Positions 31,100 through 41,240 of a stretch of 64,000 nucleotides of DNA are shown here, piece after piece (positions within the stretch are counted from its first letter, which is position 1; every line of letters begins with the position of its first letter). Source of the stretch: Candidatus Methanomethylicus oleisabuli. Its GTDB lineage: Archaea; Thermoproteota; Methanomethylicia; Methanomethylicales; Methanomethylicaceae. The position numbers and the translations under genes were made by a program. The stretch spans positions 307 to 64,306 of the forward strand of contig MAGU01000068.1 of the NCBI GenBank assembly GCA_001717025.1. Direction: 5' to 3'. A model generated the notes under the pieces. That model ran no database searches and was not told where the DNA came from. It saw only the letters and a list, made by a program, of their open reading frames with translations.

Positions 31100-32035
31100 T
31101 TGCATTTGGAATCTCTTGCTCAGGTGATCTCGGCGGCTAAGAACTATAAAGGTCTTAAAAGGAAACTCGAGATCGGTGAGATCATCCAAATCCTGGGGGA
31201 GTCTGATTACGATGACGCCGGCGTTCTTGATATGGGTGACCTTAAGATCGTTGTATCCGCTGATGGGATCACAGAAGACCTCGTAAAATCAGACCCGTGG
31301 TTTGCAGGCTACTACTCGGTACTGGTGAACGTCAACGATGTCGTTGTCAAGGGGGCAAAGCCGATGGGGTATGTCGACGTTATCTCCGGGTCCCCAGAAA
31401 CTAGGCGAAAGATGGCTGAGGGAATTAAGACAGGTCTGGAAAAATATGGTCTCAAGCTCCTCAAGGGTCACACGCATCCTGATTCTTCATACGAGGCGAT
31501 CGATGCCGCGGTCGTCGGTATCGCAAAGAGGGTTGCCAAAGGAACCGATGCAAGACCTGGCGATAAGCTGATAATGGCGATAGACCTCGAAGGGTCCTTC
31601 GGAACAAAGGGCTGGGTGAGGTGCTTCGACAGCACACTTCACCGCACCCGGGATGACCTGCAGCTAATGGTCTCGACAATAGTGGCTGCCATAGATAATG
31701 GGTACATCTCCTCATCGAGAGACATCAGCGCCCCTGGGATACTCGGCAGTTTAGCTATGCTCTGCGAGGCCAGCGGCGTCGGTGCCACAGTGGATTTGGA
31801 AACGATCCCCAAACCCCCTATGATATCGCTCTCTGACTGGCTCATCTCTTACCCTGCGATGGGCTTCATATTTGCCTCTAAAGACGTTGCCATCCTCGAG
31901 ACTCTGCGAGGCGTTGGCTTCTCTGCAGAAGTTGTGGGCAACTTCACCGAGTCGAAGCAGATTACAGTCTCGATGGGAAACGAAAAGGGCGTCTTTATGG
32001 ACCTAGCACTGGAGTCCGTTTTTGGACTGCGCTAG
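31100..32035 (+). CDS. AIR-synthase-related (PurM-like) protein, candidate methanogenesis marker protein 2
   Basis: PurM-like N-terminal DDAGVLDMGD motif. About 311 aa, matching Mmp2 size. TTG start. Sits between the mcr operon and the ycaO-tfuA-A2 operon. Confidence 0.5.
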   Translation: MHLESLAQVISAAKNYKGLKRKLEIGEIIQILGESDYDDAGVLDMGDLKIVVSADGITEDLVKSDPWFAGYYSVLVNVNDVVVKGAKPMGYVDVISGSPETRRKMAEGIKTGLEKYGLKLLKGHTHPDSSYEAIDAAVVGIAKRVAKGTDARPGDKLIMAIDLEGSFGTKGWVRCFDSTLHRTRDDLQLMVSTIVAAIDNGYISSSRDISAPGILGSLAMLCEASGVGATVDLETIPKPPMISLSDWLISYPAMGFIFASKDVAILETLRGVGFSAEVVGNFTESKQITVSMGNEKGVFMDLALESVFGLR

Positions 32036-33625
32036 CTCCTCCCTCTCCTCTGGCGTGAAGAACTTGATCACCTCTGCGGGGCTGCCCATCTTGGCTATCT
32101 TTCCTTCTCGCATGAGTATTGCCTCCTCACAGGTGTTCAACACGAATCCAAGATCATGAGAGACTATGATGAATGTCTGACCGAGTTCGTTTCTTGCGGT
32201 CTTTATAGAACGCGAAACGTCCTGTTGCGTTATCGGGTCCATTGTACCCGACGGCTCGTCTAAGATCACTATTATCGGCTCACGTATGAGCACCTGCGAC
32301 AGAGCAACGCGGTGCCTCTCCCCTTCGCTGAGCTCGTCCGGATACTTCTTGAGAGTTTCCTCTATTCCGCCCTCTTCAAAACCTGCTGCTGCGAGAACGT
32401 TGTGCGCTTTGAACTTGGCAAACTCGTCCGGCAACTCCAGACCTATCGCGTCGGTGAGGTTCTCAAGCACAGTCCTATAAGGGTAGAGCGTATACTCTTG
32501 GTGTAGCAACCCCATGTAAGGCGTGGCCCTGCCTCTGCCTAGCGGTCCGGGCTCAAGCATGTTGATCCACTCGTCTCCGATCTTCATCTCGATCCTTCCC
32601 GAGGTCGGCGCAGTCACCCCGCATATGGCTCTTGAGAGTGTTGTCTTCCCAGCGCCGCTCATACCAATTATTCCGAATATCTGCTTCTCCTTCACCTCGA
32701 AGCTCACGCCATCTAGCGCTTTAACAACGCCCTTGTCTATCGAGAAGTAATGCTTCTTAAGGTCAGATACTTTAAGAATCGCCTTTCCAGGCTCTTTAGG
32801 CGCCGGGATCTCCTCCGGATTTAGCCTGCTCATAAATTTTGCAACAACGCTCTTCGTGTCGCCCTCGGCATCTATCCTGCCATCTTCGAGCAGAACCGCT
32901 CTCTCGGAGATCGCCTCAATTGCCTCGGGGACATGCGATGTGACAAGAAGCGTTGTGCCCTTCTTCTTCACCTCATCTATCAAGATGCCGTATATCGCCT
33001 TCGCGTTTATTGGATCCAACGTCCCTGTTGGCGCGTCTGCGAGGAGCAAGACTGGGTTAACCGCTAGCTGCCTGCCGAGCACCACCCTCTGCTTCTCCCC
33101 GCCGCTAAGGTCCCGAGCCGTGTGGATAAGCCGGTTCGAAAGCCCCATGCTCTTGGCTATCTCTATTGCCCTCTTGTTTATGTCACTCTCCGGCACCCCG
33201 CTCTTGCTCAGCGCCTCTATGAGATTCTCATAAACAGTCATGCTTCCGTAAAGAGCAAAAGTCCTCTGGAACATTATTGATATTCTGTTCCTTAGTGCCT
33301 TAGCGTATGAATCGTTCCTCCAAAGGTCTACCTCCAGCAGCTCCATCTTACTATAACATCTTGGGCAGACCTTCCCCGCCTTGCTGGGCCCATCTATATG
33401 CTCACATTCCTTGCAAATCGCAATCCTATATGTGATCCTTCCAGACGAAGGGGCATAATCGGATATGCCCTTTAGCATCGACAAAAGTACGGTCTTGCCC
33501 GAGCCGCTCCTACCAATTATTCCAAGCCTCTCCCCCTCTCCTATGGTCAATGAGATGTTGCTGAGGACTTCCTTTGTGCCGAACTTCTTTGATACTCCGT
33601 CAATGATGATGAATGGCTCGCTCAT
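32003..33625 (-). CDS. atwA: MCR component A2-like ABC ATPase (two nucleotide-binding domains, no TMD) with a Cys4 zinc-ribbon insert in NBD1
   Basis: Two Walker A sites (GRSGSGKT, GMSGAGKT), two signatures (LSGGEKQR, LSEGERHR), and a CKEC...CPRC insert. Start MSEPFIIIDG. Confidence 0.65.
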   Translation of the reverse strand: MSEPFIIIDGVSKKFGTKEVLSNISLTIGEGERLGIIGRSGSGKTVLLSMLKGISDYAPSSGRITYRIAICKECEHIDGPSKAGKVCPRCYSKMELLEVDLWRNDSYAKALRNRISIMFQRTFALYGSMTVYENLIEALSKSGVPESDINKRAIEIAKSMGLSNRLIHTARDLSGGEKQRVVLGRQLAVNPVLLLADAPTGTLDPINAKAIYGILIDEVKKKGTTLLVTSHVPEAIEAISERAVLLEDGRIDAEGDTKSVVAKFMSRLNPEEIPAPKEPGKAILKVSDLKKHYFSIDKGVVKALDGVSFEVKEKQIFGIIGMSGAGKTTLSRAICGVTAPTSGRIEMKIGDEWINMLEPGPLGRGRATPYMGLLHQEYTLYPYRTVLENLTDAIGLELPDEFAKFKAHNVLAAAGFEEGGIEETLKKYPDELSEGERHRVALSQVLIREPIIVILDEPSGTMDPITQQDVSRSIKTARNELGQTFIIVSHDLGFVLNTCEEAILMREGKIAKMGSPAEVIKFFTPEEREELAQSKNGLQC

Positions 33626-33709
33626 ACGCACACCGCAGAACACTTTATCTTGAAAATCGTGATATATAAACAAACTGAATTGCTGTTGTTGGGGGGCAAT
33701 AAAGACGCA

Positions 33710-34399
33710 TTATCTTGTTTCATACACTTTATTCTTTAGACGCGCGCTAACATCCTTCAGCACCTCCATCGCATCGATGCGTTTTTGGTCGACATGCTTC
33801 TCAATCATTAGTGAAGCGATCGTTCGGCAACGATCAGGCGGCATTCCCGTGTGTAGCGCTCTCTGGCATATCCTCATGGGATTCCTGAACTGGAACGGCG
33901 TCTCGCTTGCTGCCTTCAAGAAAGATTCCTCCTCCTCCGGCGTTATCTCTCCTGAATTTGCGAGCCCTTCAAGCGTAGCCCTTATATTGACCATCGGCTC
34001 TGAGATCGGCGCTAGCGTCTCTGGGTGGAAGACCAGCGCAACCTCATCATCCGATGATATCTTTCCATCTTTATACCATCTGTATATCTTGCCAACGCCT
34101 ACCATTCCGTATGCGTCCATCTCTGCTGCCCTCAGTGCTCCCATGCTTGATCCGCCCACCACTACGACGCCTCTTTCGATAGCGTATTTTATCTCCCTGT
34201 GTGCCACCGCATTCCGCTGGTAGAAGACCCCATCAATTAGCCCTATTATCTCGAAACCTTCGTCTGTAGCCGAAACTATGTCTCCCCTGCCGGCTGGCGG
34301 ACGGAAGGTTGCAGATGGGAGTACCCTGATCGCCTCGGCTATGGGCGCGCTCGGCCCCAAGAAAATTACTGCCCTTCGACGGCGCTTAAGCAACCCCAC
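33710..34399 (-). CDS. tfuA: TfuA-like protein (partner of YcaO for McrA thioglycine formation)
   Basis: TfuA-domain sequence of about 229 aa immediately downstream of ycaO. Confidence 0.75.
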   Translation of the reverse strand: MGLLKRRRRAVIFLGPSAPIAEAIRVLPSATFRPPAGRGDIVSATDEGFEIIGLIDGVFYQRNAVAHREIKYAIERGVVVVGGSSMGALRAAEMDAYGMVGVGKIYRWYKDGKISSDDEVALVFHPETLAPISEPMVNIRATLEGLANSGEITPEEEESFLKAASETPFQFRNPMRICQRALHTGMPPDRCRTIASLMIEKHVDQKRIDAMEVLKDVSARLKNKVYETR

Positions 34400-34408
34400 T
34401 CACCTTAG

Positions 34409-35644
34409 CTACTGGCTATGCCCCCTCAGCCTCTTGCCGGCTCTTTCTTTATCCATGGCATATACCTCTAAACCCGGAACTATTACCCTCACTGCGGGCA
34501 CCTCTGTCTCGGTCCGAGTTAAGTCTGCAACAACCACCTCGTCCAGTCCAACGGATGATAGCCTCCGAAGCGTGTATCTTATGTCGTTCAGGAAATCGCT
34601 GCTGTCGAATGTCGGCATCTCGTCTAACGATGCCTCCACTCCAGTCCCTTCAAACCACTTGCGATTGATGCGCTTCATCCTCTCGTAGCCCGCCCTTCTT
34701 GCGAAATCCGCCTTGTACGTGTCCTCTCTTGTGCCGTGTATTGTGGTTAGTCTGCTCTGGACGGCTTCCGTGAACGCCCGCAATGCCGCAATCTTGGGAT
34801 CTGGGTGCGTTCCAACTCCCAATGAAAGGAGGGCAGGGTCTCTTGTAGCTTCATCATCGAGTGCTACTGCGATGGTGGCTATTCCAATGTCGGATGTTAT
34901 GTCCTTCGCGTATGCCTTTACGCTTGCCCTACTCAGCCTGCCGACGATCTCGCCTATGGGGCCGTTCATTTCTGATCCTATGTTGAGGTCTCTGCCCTTT
35001 AGCGTGCCGTGCTCGAAGAGCGACCACGAATCCCTTTCTATGACTTCCATCAAGCCGTGGAGTATCGCCTCCTCGAAAAGATTGCCGACAGCAAGCCCGT
35101 TCGTGTTCGTCCTGAAGAGCTGGTTTTTGCGGCTGTAAGGATGAAAAACCGCCTCCGCTGGTACCAGTATCCAATGATCTTTACTGATCGAGAATCCCCT
35201 GAACCATTCTATCCTGTCAGAACTCTGGTAACTTACAGTCGCCGGCAATACGAGCCTCGTGGGATCGAGGACCGCGTCGCCCCCATTCTCGCATGCCCTC
35301 TGGAGCTCATCGTAGCTTCCGACCACGCACATGCCGCTCCTGGGCTCGGCGGAGAACCTCTCGATGCCCTCCATTATGGCTGAAACCTGCGCCTCCTCCT
35401 TCGTGAACCCCTTCCCAGCATAGACCGTTACTGCACCATCCGCGGCGCCGGGTCTTACCGATGTGAATACAGGTACGCCTATCCTGTCAAGCCCGGTGAT
35501 CTCCGCAACCCTGGTTATGCCTGCGTTAAGAAGGGCTCCCTGAACGTGCTCGAGTGTGGTCGCCGGTGAGGATGCGCGATGGGTATCCAGCAGGTAGCCC
35601 TTTGGGGCAGGTTTAAGAATCATTCGTAGTCCCACTGCAGCCAA
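34409..35644 (-). CDS. ycaO: YcaO-domain protein (methanogenesis marker protein 1; McrA Gly thioamidation)
   Basis: YcaO ATP-binding region (EGIERF... motif family). 411 aa. Paired with tfuA. Confidence 0.8.
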   Translation of the reverse strand: MAAVGLRMILKPAPKGYLLDTHRASSPATTLEHVQGALLNAGITRVAEITGLDRIGVPVFTSVRPGAADGAVTVYAGKGFTKEEAQVSAIMEGIERFSAEPRSGMCVVGSYDELQRACENGGDAVLDPTRLVLPATVSYQSSDRIEWFRGFSISKDHWILVPAEAVFHPYSRKNQLFRTNTNGLAVGNLFEEAILHGLMEVIERDSWSLFEHGTLKGRDLNIGSEMNGPIGEIVGRLSRASVKAYAKDITSDIGIATIAVALDDEATRDPALLSLGVGTHPDPKIAALRAFTEAVQSRLTTIHGTREDTYKADFARRAGYERMKRINRKWFEGTGVEASLDEMPTFDSSDFLNDIRYTLRRLSSVGLDEVVVADLTRTETEVPAVRVIVPGLEVYAMDKERAGKRLRGHSQ

Positions 35645-36883
35645 TCACTTTGACTCTTCGAGGTCTTTCATACCTGAGACCATTACCGCCGCCCCAACGC
35701 ATCCTATGAGGTTAGGCCTCTTGGGGACGATCATCTCAACGCTCAGGATCTCTGATAGCGCCTTTACAAGACCCTTGATCATCGCAGTTGAACCGACCTC
35801 AATGATGGGGTATCTTATGTCGATCTCCTGCAGTTGCTGCTCAAATACCTGCTCGGCAACGCTGTGGCACGCCGCGGCTGCCGCATCCTCCGTCTTGGCC
35901 CCCCCTGCGAGCCCTGCGACTAGGTCCTGCAGCCCGAAGACGATGCAGTACGCATTCATTGGCACTGCCTTATACTCCCCCTTCGCAGAAAGTTCGCTGA
36001 ACTCCTCCATAGATAGCCCCAGCCGCTTGGCGGTCGTCTCTAGGAACCTCCCAGAGGCGCCTGCACATGCTCCCCCAACCGTAAAGCTGTCCGGTATGCT
36101 ATCATAGAGCGTTACAGCCTTGTTGTCCATACCACCTATGTCTATGACCGTCGCGTCTCCCTTCTGCTTGTCCGTGAGGAAGAGCGCGCCCTTGGAGCAT
36201 GTCGATACCTCCTCCATTGCAAGCTGAGCCTTATACTTCTCCTTTAGTATGGTTCTCCCGTACCCAGTGACGCCCACCGCCTCCACCGCTTCCTCGCTCA
36301 GCCCCGCCTCCTTCAATGCTTGGTTCAATGCTGCGATGCCCGACTCAAGAACACCTGTTGTTGGAAACCAGCCCGAACCTAATATCTCGTTGTTCTTCAT
36401 CACAACCGCCTTCGTTGTCGTCGAGCCTGAGTCGATGCCGGCGGTTATCCCCTCCTGCTTAGTCCTTGCAAAGAGAGGTTTTTTGCCTATTATGTTTACA
36501 AGAGCCTCCATCCTCAGCAGGAGCGCACCTGCCTTAGACCTCTCAGTGAATGAGTATGATACGACCGGTATCTTCGACTGGCTTTGGATATATCTCCGGA
36601 TCACGCTCCTCACTAGCGCCCCCTCTGCGCATCTGAAGCAGCTCGCAATAAATACCCCATCAGCGTCAACCCTGCCCTCTACTATCGCCTTGGCCCTTGC
36701 CATCATCACCCTTAGCCCTGGGCTAGCCACGTGGAATCCTATCTCCTCCTCGGCGGCTCTTATCTCTGAAGCCTCGATCTCCGGCGTGAAGATGTTGCCA
36801 CCAACGATATGCGCTGCCTTCTCGATTTCGTTTTGAACACCGCTGTATTCTGAGCCGCATGAGATCTGCGCTATCCTGACCAT
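35645..36883 (-). CDS. BadF/BadG/BcrA/BcrD-type ATPase (ASKHA), candidate methanogenesis marker protein 15
   Basis: 412 aa. ASKHA motifs (GIDSGSTTTK, DIGGMD). First gene of the mmp15-ycaO-tfuA-A2 operon. Confidence 0.55.
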   Translation of the reverse strand: MVRIAQISCGSEYSGVQNEIEKAAHIVGGNIFTPEIEASEIRAAEEEIGFHVASPGLRVMMARAKAIVEGRVDADGVFIASCFRCAEGALVRSVIRRYIQSQSKIPVVSYSFTERSKAGALLLRMEALVNIIGKKPLFARTKQEGITAGIDSGSTTTKAVVMKNNEILGSGWFPTTGVLESGIAALNQALKEAGLSEEAVEAVGVTGYGRTILKEKYKAQLAMEEVSTCSKGALFLTDKQKGDATVIDIGGMDNKAVTLYDSIPDSFTVGGACAGASGRFLETTAKRLGLSMEEFSELSAKGEYKAVPMNAYCIVFGLQDLVAGLAGGAKTEDAAAAACHSVAEQVFEQQLQEIDIRYPIIEVGSTAMIKGLVKALSEILSVEMIVPKRPNLIGCVGAAVMVSGMKDLEESK

Positions 36884-36984
36884 CTAGAACACCTGTGATG
36901 TATCAAATTTGTTAATCTCAATGAGAGCAGCAATTTCAAATAAACTTTCCTGACATGCCGCCGTCCCTTTCTCAACGTTGCATC

Positions 36985-38151
36985 TCATTTTATTCTTATC
37001 TCAACCACGTCCTTGTCTTCGAGGATATGCTCCGAGCCGACCCTCTCCCCTCCATAGTTGACTGATTTGCCCCAGATCCTTGCTAGCTTGAACTGCTTGA
37101 AGAACTGCGAATGGACGATCTTTGCAATATCGCTTACAGTAGCCCCTGCTTTGACTATGATCGGCTTCTTTGCAGGCTCCCCTCCCACCTCCTTAGTGTA
37201 TATCCTCAATATCCCTAGCGAGTCGAAGAGCCTCTTGTTGATGTCCGAAAGCCCCTGATTCAAACTCGCCGATGCGCCTATTGCGCCCTTATTGGCGGAG
37301 ATCTCGAACTCTGCAACCGCTTGCGGTTCGAGGTCTACCTTGTTTATGAGTATCAGCGACGGTTTGTACATCTTCGTCTGCTCAAGTGACTCCACTATGT
37401 CTTCTTTGGTTACATCGCCCCAGATCCTTACCACGGCGTTCCTGATTCCTGCCTCCTTAAAGGTCTTTTCAATCTCTTCCACTCCGCAAAGTACCCTTCC
37501 AGTGCAGGCTACTTGGAGACCGCCGCCGTTCGACCTCTCAATTTCGATCTTTCTAGTTTTCTTGTCTAGGGTTATGCCTGCATGTGTAAGCTCCTTCGTT
37601 ATGATGCTGAACTGGCCAATCGCGTCTGTAGCGTCAAGCACTATCAGCAGCCCATCTGCATTCCTCGCCAAGCTCAGTAGCTGCGCCCCCCATGCTCCCC
37701 CCCTATGCGCTCCATTGAACATGGCAGGGGTGTCTATGAGCTGGAACTGAATGTCCTCGAACCTCAGCATTCCTGGAATCGGCTCCTTAGTTGCGAAGAG
37801 GTGGTCGCCGACCTCCACCCTCGCGTTGGTTAATGCTCTGAGGAGCGAGCTCTTGCCGGCGCCTGTCATCCCTAGCATCACTATCTGCGCAGCGCCCTCC
37901 TTCTTTATTGAGAACCCTCCTCCGCCGCTCCCGGTCGCCTTCCTCCTTCTTTGGAGGTCCTGCTCCTCCTTCAGTTTTGAGAGCCTCCTCCGGAGGTACC
38001 CTCTCATCTTCTCGTTTCCCTTATGCTCTGGTATGGTCGATATGAACTCCTCAAGATATTTGATCTTCTCAGGGAGCGTTTTGGCGTTTATGTACCTCTG
38101 CTCAGCTGCCTTAGCCTGAGGAGGTAAGTTTGCTGGCAAGCGCCGCACCAT
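36985..38151 (-). CDS. DRG/OBG-family GTP-binding protein with C-terminal TGS domain
   Basis: G1 GMTGAGKSSLL and G3 DTPA motifs. TGS-like C-terminus. Confidence 0.7.
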   Translation of the reverse strand: MVRRLPANLPPQAKAAEQRYINAKTLPEKIKYLEEFISTIPEHKGNEKMRGYLRRRLSKLKEEQDLQRRRKATGSGGGGFSIKKEGAAQIVMLGMTGAGKSSLLRALTNARVEVGDHLFATKEPIPGMLRFEDIQFQLIDTPAMFNGAHRGGAWGAQLLSLARNADGLLIVLDATDAIGQFSIITKELTHAGITLDKKTRKIEIERSNGGGLQVACTGRVLCGVEEIEKTFKEAGIRNAVVRIWGDVTKEDIVESLEQTKMYKPSLILINKVDLEPQAVAEFEISANKGAIGASASLNQGLSDINKRLFDSLGILRIYTKEVGGEPAKKPIIVKAGATVSDIAKIVHSQFFKQFKLARIWGKSVNYGGERVGSEHILEDKDVVEIRIK

Positions 38152-38178
38152 GATTAGAATGCATTCTTGATATAATAA

Positions 38179-39159
38179 TCATTCCGTCGTCGCTTTGCCG
38201 CTTAATCTTCCCTTGGCGTAGAGTCTAGACACCCTTATTATCCGGTCCGCAAGCTTTGTCGCGCTCTCCTCAAAGAAGTAAGCATTCGGCTCGATTGCAA
38301 AGCCGCCCTCATCTATTACTACGTCGACCCATCCTCCCATATCCCTTATGGCGCATTTAGCGAATTCGATGAGCTCATCTTCGTCTCTTCGACTCTTCTG
38401 CGACCTCTTCAGAACCGCATAGCTTAGGTTGAGCTTTTTAATCGCATCAAGCACCATCTCGTCATACTTGACATTGATCACTGCCCTTGCCTTGACATCG
38501 GCGCTCTTTACCGCAAGCAGTAGCTTCGCAAGGTGGCTCGAGACGCCAAACTCGGGATCCATGAGTGCCTTGGCTTTCCCTCTAACTCTTACCATCCTGC
38601 CCGGGATCCCTGCGACGTCAGCAATCCCCTGTGCATCCTTCAGCGCCATGACTATGTTGCTGCATACCTCTGGCACCAACTCCGTGAATTCGGGGGCGCT
38701 CTCTAGGAGTGAAACCGCAGCCCTAAGATCGCCGAGTATCACTCTTCTGACGTCAGATATGTCCGCCAAACTCATGTGGAGCTGCATGCAGATGATGCAT
38801 CTCTCTTCCTCGAGCTCAGGGACTTTGATCTTATGCGCATGGCAGATCGCCCCACCCCGGCGTAAGCTGAGGCAAATTTCGCATATGTTGTTAACCAAAT
38901 CAACATAGTTGAGCCTCTTCGTCGCAATCTCCGCGGTGAGCCCCTTCGATATGCTCCTGAGCTCCTCGATATTGAATGGCGGAGGCGCTATAGTCTCCAA
39001 ATCCTGGGTGAGATAGCCACTCACTGCCGCTTGGGTCACTCCTAGTCTCCTCGCTATCCTCGTTTGCGTCCAACCATAGCTCTGTGCCAGCTCCTTCGCA
39101 ACCATCGTCCTGAGTGTCGGCAATAATGATCTAACGGTCAGTTCGCATGGAGGATTCAT
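38179..39159 (-). CDS. ThiR-like transcriptional regulator (N-terminal HTH + Cys4 + ThiN-like domain)
   Basis: HTH AQSYGWTQTRIARRLGVTQAAVSGY, CxxC...CxxC motif, and a C-terminal ThiN-type thiamine-phosphate synthase-like domain. Divergent from thiDN. Confidence 0.55.
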   Translation of the reverse strand: MNPPCELTVRSLLPTLRTMVAKELAQSYGWTQTRIARRLGVTQAAVSGYLTQDLETIAPPPFNIEELRSISKGLTAEIATKRLNYVDLVNNICEICLSLRRGGAICHAHKIKVPELEEERCIICMQLHMSLADISDVRRVILGDLRAAVSLLESAPEFTELVPEVCSNIVMALKDAQGIADVAGIPGRMVRVRGKAKALMDPEFGVSSHLAKLLLAVKSADVKARAVINVKYDEMVLDAIKKLNLSYAVLKRSQKSRRDEDELIEFAKCAIRDMGGWVDVVIDEGGFAIEPNAYFFEESATKLADRIIRVSRLYAKGRLSGKATTE

Positions 39160-39318
39160 GTAGCTTCACCATAACTGGTTTATTTGAAATATTATATCAC
39201 AGGCTTATAAGATTATTATAAGCATGTTCCACTCTTAATGCAACACGCCCCTGCTTCGGACACATGTTGCGTTCAAAGTTTAAATAAATAGGATGCTTAA
39301 ACCTCATGAGGGGTATCC

Positions 39319-40728
39319 TTGGGTAATCCTCCTGTCGCACTGACCATCGCTGGGTCTGACTCAGGCGGGGGCGCCGGCATACAGGCTGATCTGAAGACCT
39401 TTGCTGCCTTAGGAGTTCACGGTGTAGTCGCAATCACTGCAGTAACCGCTCAAAATACCTTGGGGGTCAATGCCGTGAGCGAGATCCCTCCAGAAGTCGT
39501 CCGCCGTCAAATAGACGCTGTCGTGGATGACTTTGGCGTTAGGTATGCGAAGACCGGCATGCTCTTCTCGTCCCCTATAGTTTCAGCCGTGTCCAAAGCA
39601 GCATCCGCACACAAACTTCACCTCGTTTTGGATCCAGTAATGCTGGCAAAGTCAGGGGCGCCACTGTTGAAGTCTGATGCACTCAAAACCCTCAAGGAGC
39701 AGTTGCTTCCTCTTGCAGACGTCGTCACCCCTAACATCGACGAGGCCGAGGCGCTGTCGGGGATGGTCATCCGTGATATAAAAGATGCTGCCGTTGCTGG
39801 CAACGCTATCTTGAGGCTGGGTCCCAGGGCGGTTGTGATCAAGGGTGGCCACCTAAAAGGCTCACCCATCGATATGCTGGTTACCGGCGATGGTGCGATA
39901 AGGCAGTATGGGGGCTCCAGAATCAGTTCAGGCTCTACCCATGGTACCGGCTGCACCTTTTCTGCGGCGATAACGGCCCTGTTGTCCAAAGGTTGCTCCT
40001 TAGAGGACTCTGTGCTCGGCGCAAAGGAGTTCGTATCAAACGCCATCCTCTATGGATTGAGAATCGGGAAAGGGGTGGGTCCCGCCAATCCAATGAGCAA
40101 CGTTGAGATCGACGCAGAGAAGTACAGAGTGATCTCTAATATTACTGACGCAGTAACCATACTAGAGTCTGCGGAGGGCCTTTCGATGCTCTGCCCCGAG
40201 TGCCAAATAAACATAGGCATGGCCCTTCCTTCTCCGTATGCCCTCACCCCAGACGATGTGTGTGCGATACCTGGCAGGATCGTCAAGGTAGGCTCGCGCC
40301 TTAGAGCGAGTGCGTGCCCCCATTTCGGTGCATCTAGCCATGTTGCAAAAGTAATCTTGGCAGCAATGTCCTTTGATCATAATATCCGATCAGCCATGAA
40401 CATTAAGTATTCTGAATCGATACTGGAGGCCTGCTCCAAGACAGGCTTCACCGTCTCCTCTTACAATCGAGCTAATGAACCGGACGAGATCAAGCGCACC
40501 GAGGGCGCCTCTATACCATGGGGCGTGAATGTCGCAATAAATGCGGCTAAGAGGATGCCTGATGTGATATTCCATAAGGGCGATATGGGAAAAGAGCCCA
40601 TGCTCAACATACTTGGCAGAGACTCCGTTGAGGTAGTGGTGAAAGCCACCTCTATATTCAAACAATTAATGAAGCCTAGCTCCGCGAGCCATTTCGATAC
40701 TGCCACGCGTCAATGCGGGGCACCTTGA
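39319..40728 (+). CDS. thiDN: Bifunctional ThiD (HMP/HMP-P kinase) - ThiN (thiamine-phosphate synthase) fusion
   Basis: N-terminal [20 protein letters not shown] ThiD motif and C-terminal ThiN domain. TTG start. Confidence 0.8.
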   Translation: MGNPPVALTIAGSDSGGGAGIQADLKTFAALGVHGVVAITAVTAQNTLGVNAVSEIPPEVVRRQIDAVVDDFGVRYAKTGMLFSSPIVSAVSKAASAHKLHLVLDPVMLAKSGAPLLKSDALKTLKEQLLPLADVVTPNIDEAEALSGMVIRDIKDAAVAGNAILRLGPRAVVIKGGHLKGSPIDMLVTGDGAIRQYGGSRISSGSTHGTGCTFSAAITALLSKGCSLEDSVLGAKEFVSNAILYGLRIGKGVGPANPMSNVEIDAEKYRVISNITDAVTILESAEGLSMLCPECQINIGMALPSPYALTPDDVCAIPGRIVKVGSRLRASACPHFGASSHVAKVILAAMSFDHNIRSAMNIKYSESILEACSKTGFTVSSYNRANEPDEIKRTEGASIPWGVNVAINAAKRMPDVIFHKGDMGKEPMLNILGRDSVEVVVKATSIFKQLMKPSSASHFDTATRQCGAP

Positions 40729-41224
40729 CTTTATTCTCATCGCACATGCCGCTCCTCACGTCCTCTATGTAGGAGTTCAACTTGAAGACTGGTATCACGA
40801 ACGTGCCCCTGTTCTCAATAACCGATTCTTGATAAAGGGTGATAATGATGGGTACTATGGTCACCTCTCCCCACCTCTCCATCCCCAAACAAGCAAATTC
40901 CTGCATCTTCAAGGCAAACTCTTCCGCCCTACGGCTTTGAGCCACGGCTGCCGCCCTCAGACTTGATGCTTTTCCCTGCCTTATGCACCAGTGCTTGCAG
41001 TCCGTTAGGATCACCCTGGGTAGTGCCAACGCTACCACGTCTATCTCATATCTCTTCTTCTTCGACGAGAACCTAAAGTTGCGAAATGTTCTGAAGCCGT
41101 TAGCCGAGAAGATCTCTGAGACTATGCCCTCGAAATCCTGCCAAGTCATCTCCATGGCGATGCTTTCTAGACCTTTTCCCTCTCTCAGCATCAACTCTAT
41201 GCCGTCCAATGATAAGCATGGCAT
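40676..41224 (-). CDS. Restriction-endonuclease-like (Mrr-cat/PD-(D/E)xK) domain protein, orphan
   Basis: YEIDVVAL...DCKHW core resembling PD-(D/E)xK. The start may be internal, as the ORF overlaps the thiDN 3' end. Confidence 0.45.
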   Translation of the reverse strand: MPCLSLDGIELMLREGKGLESIAMEMTWQDFEGIVSEIFSANGFRTFRNFRFSSKKKRYEIDVVALALPRVILTDCKHWCIRQGKASSLRAAAVAQSRRAEEFALKMQEFACLGMERWGEVTIVPIIITLYQESVIENRGTFVIPVFKLNSYIEDVRSGMCDENKVKVPRIDAWQYRNGSRS

Positions 41225-41240
41225 TCTGCCTCATGCCCCC

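Noticed and set aside
36985-38151. DRG-like GTPase as part of the MCR system
   Set aside because: It lies between two MCR-related operons, but DRG/OBG GTPases are ubiquitous translation-associated factors. There is no specific link beyond proximity.
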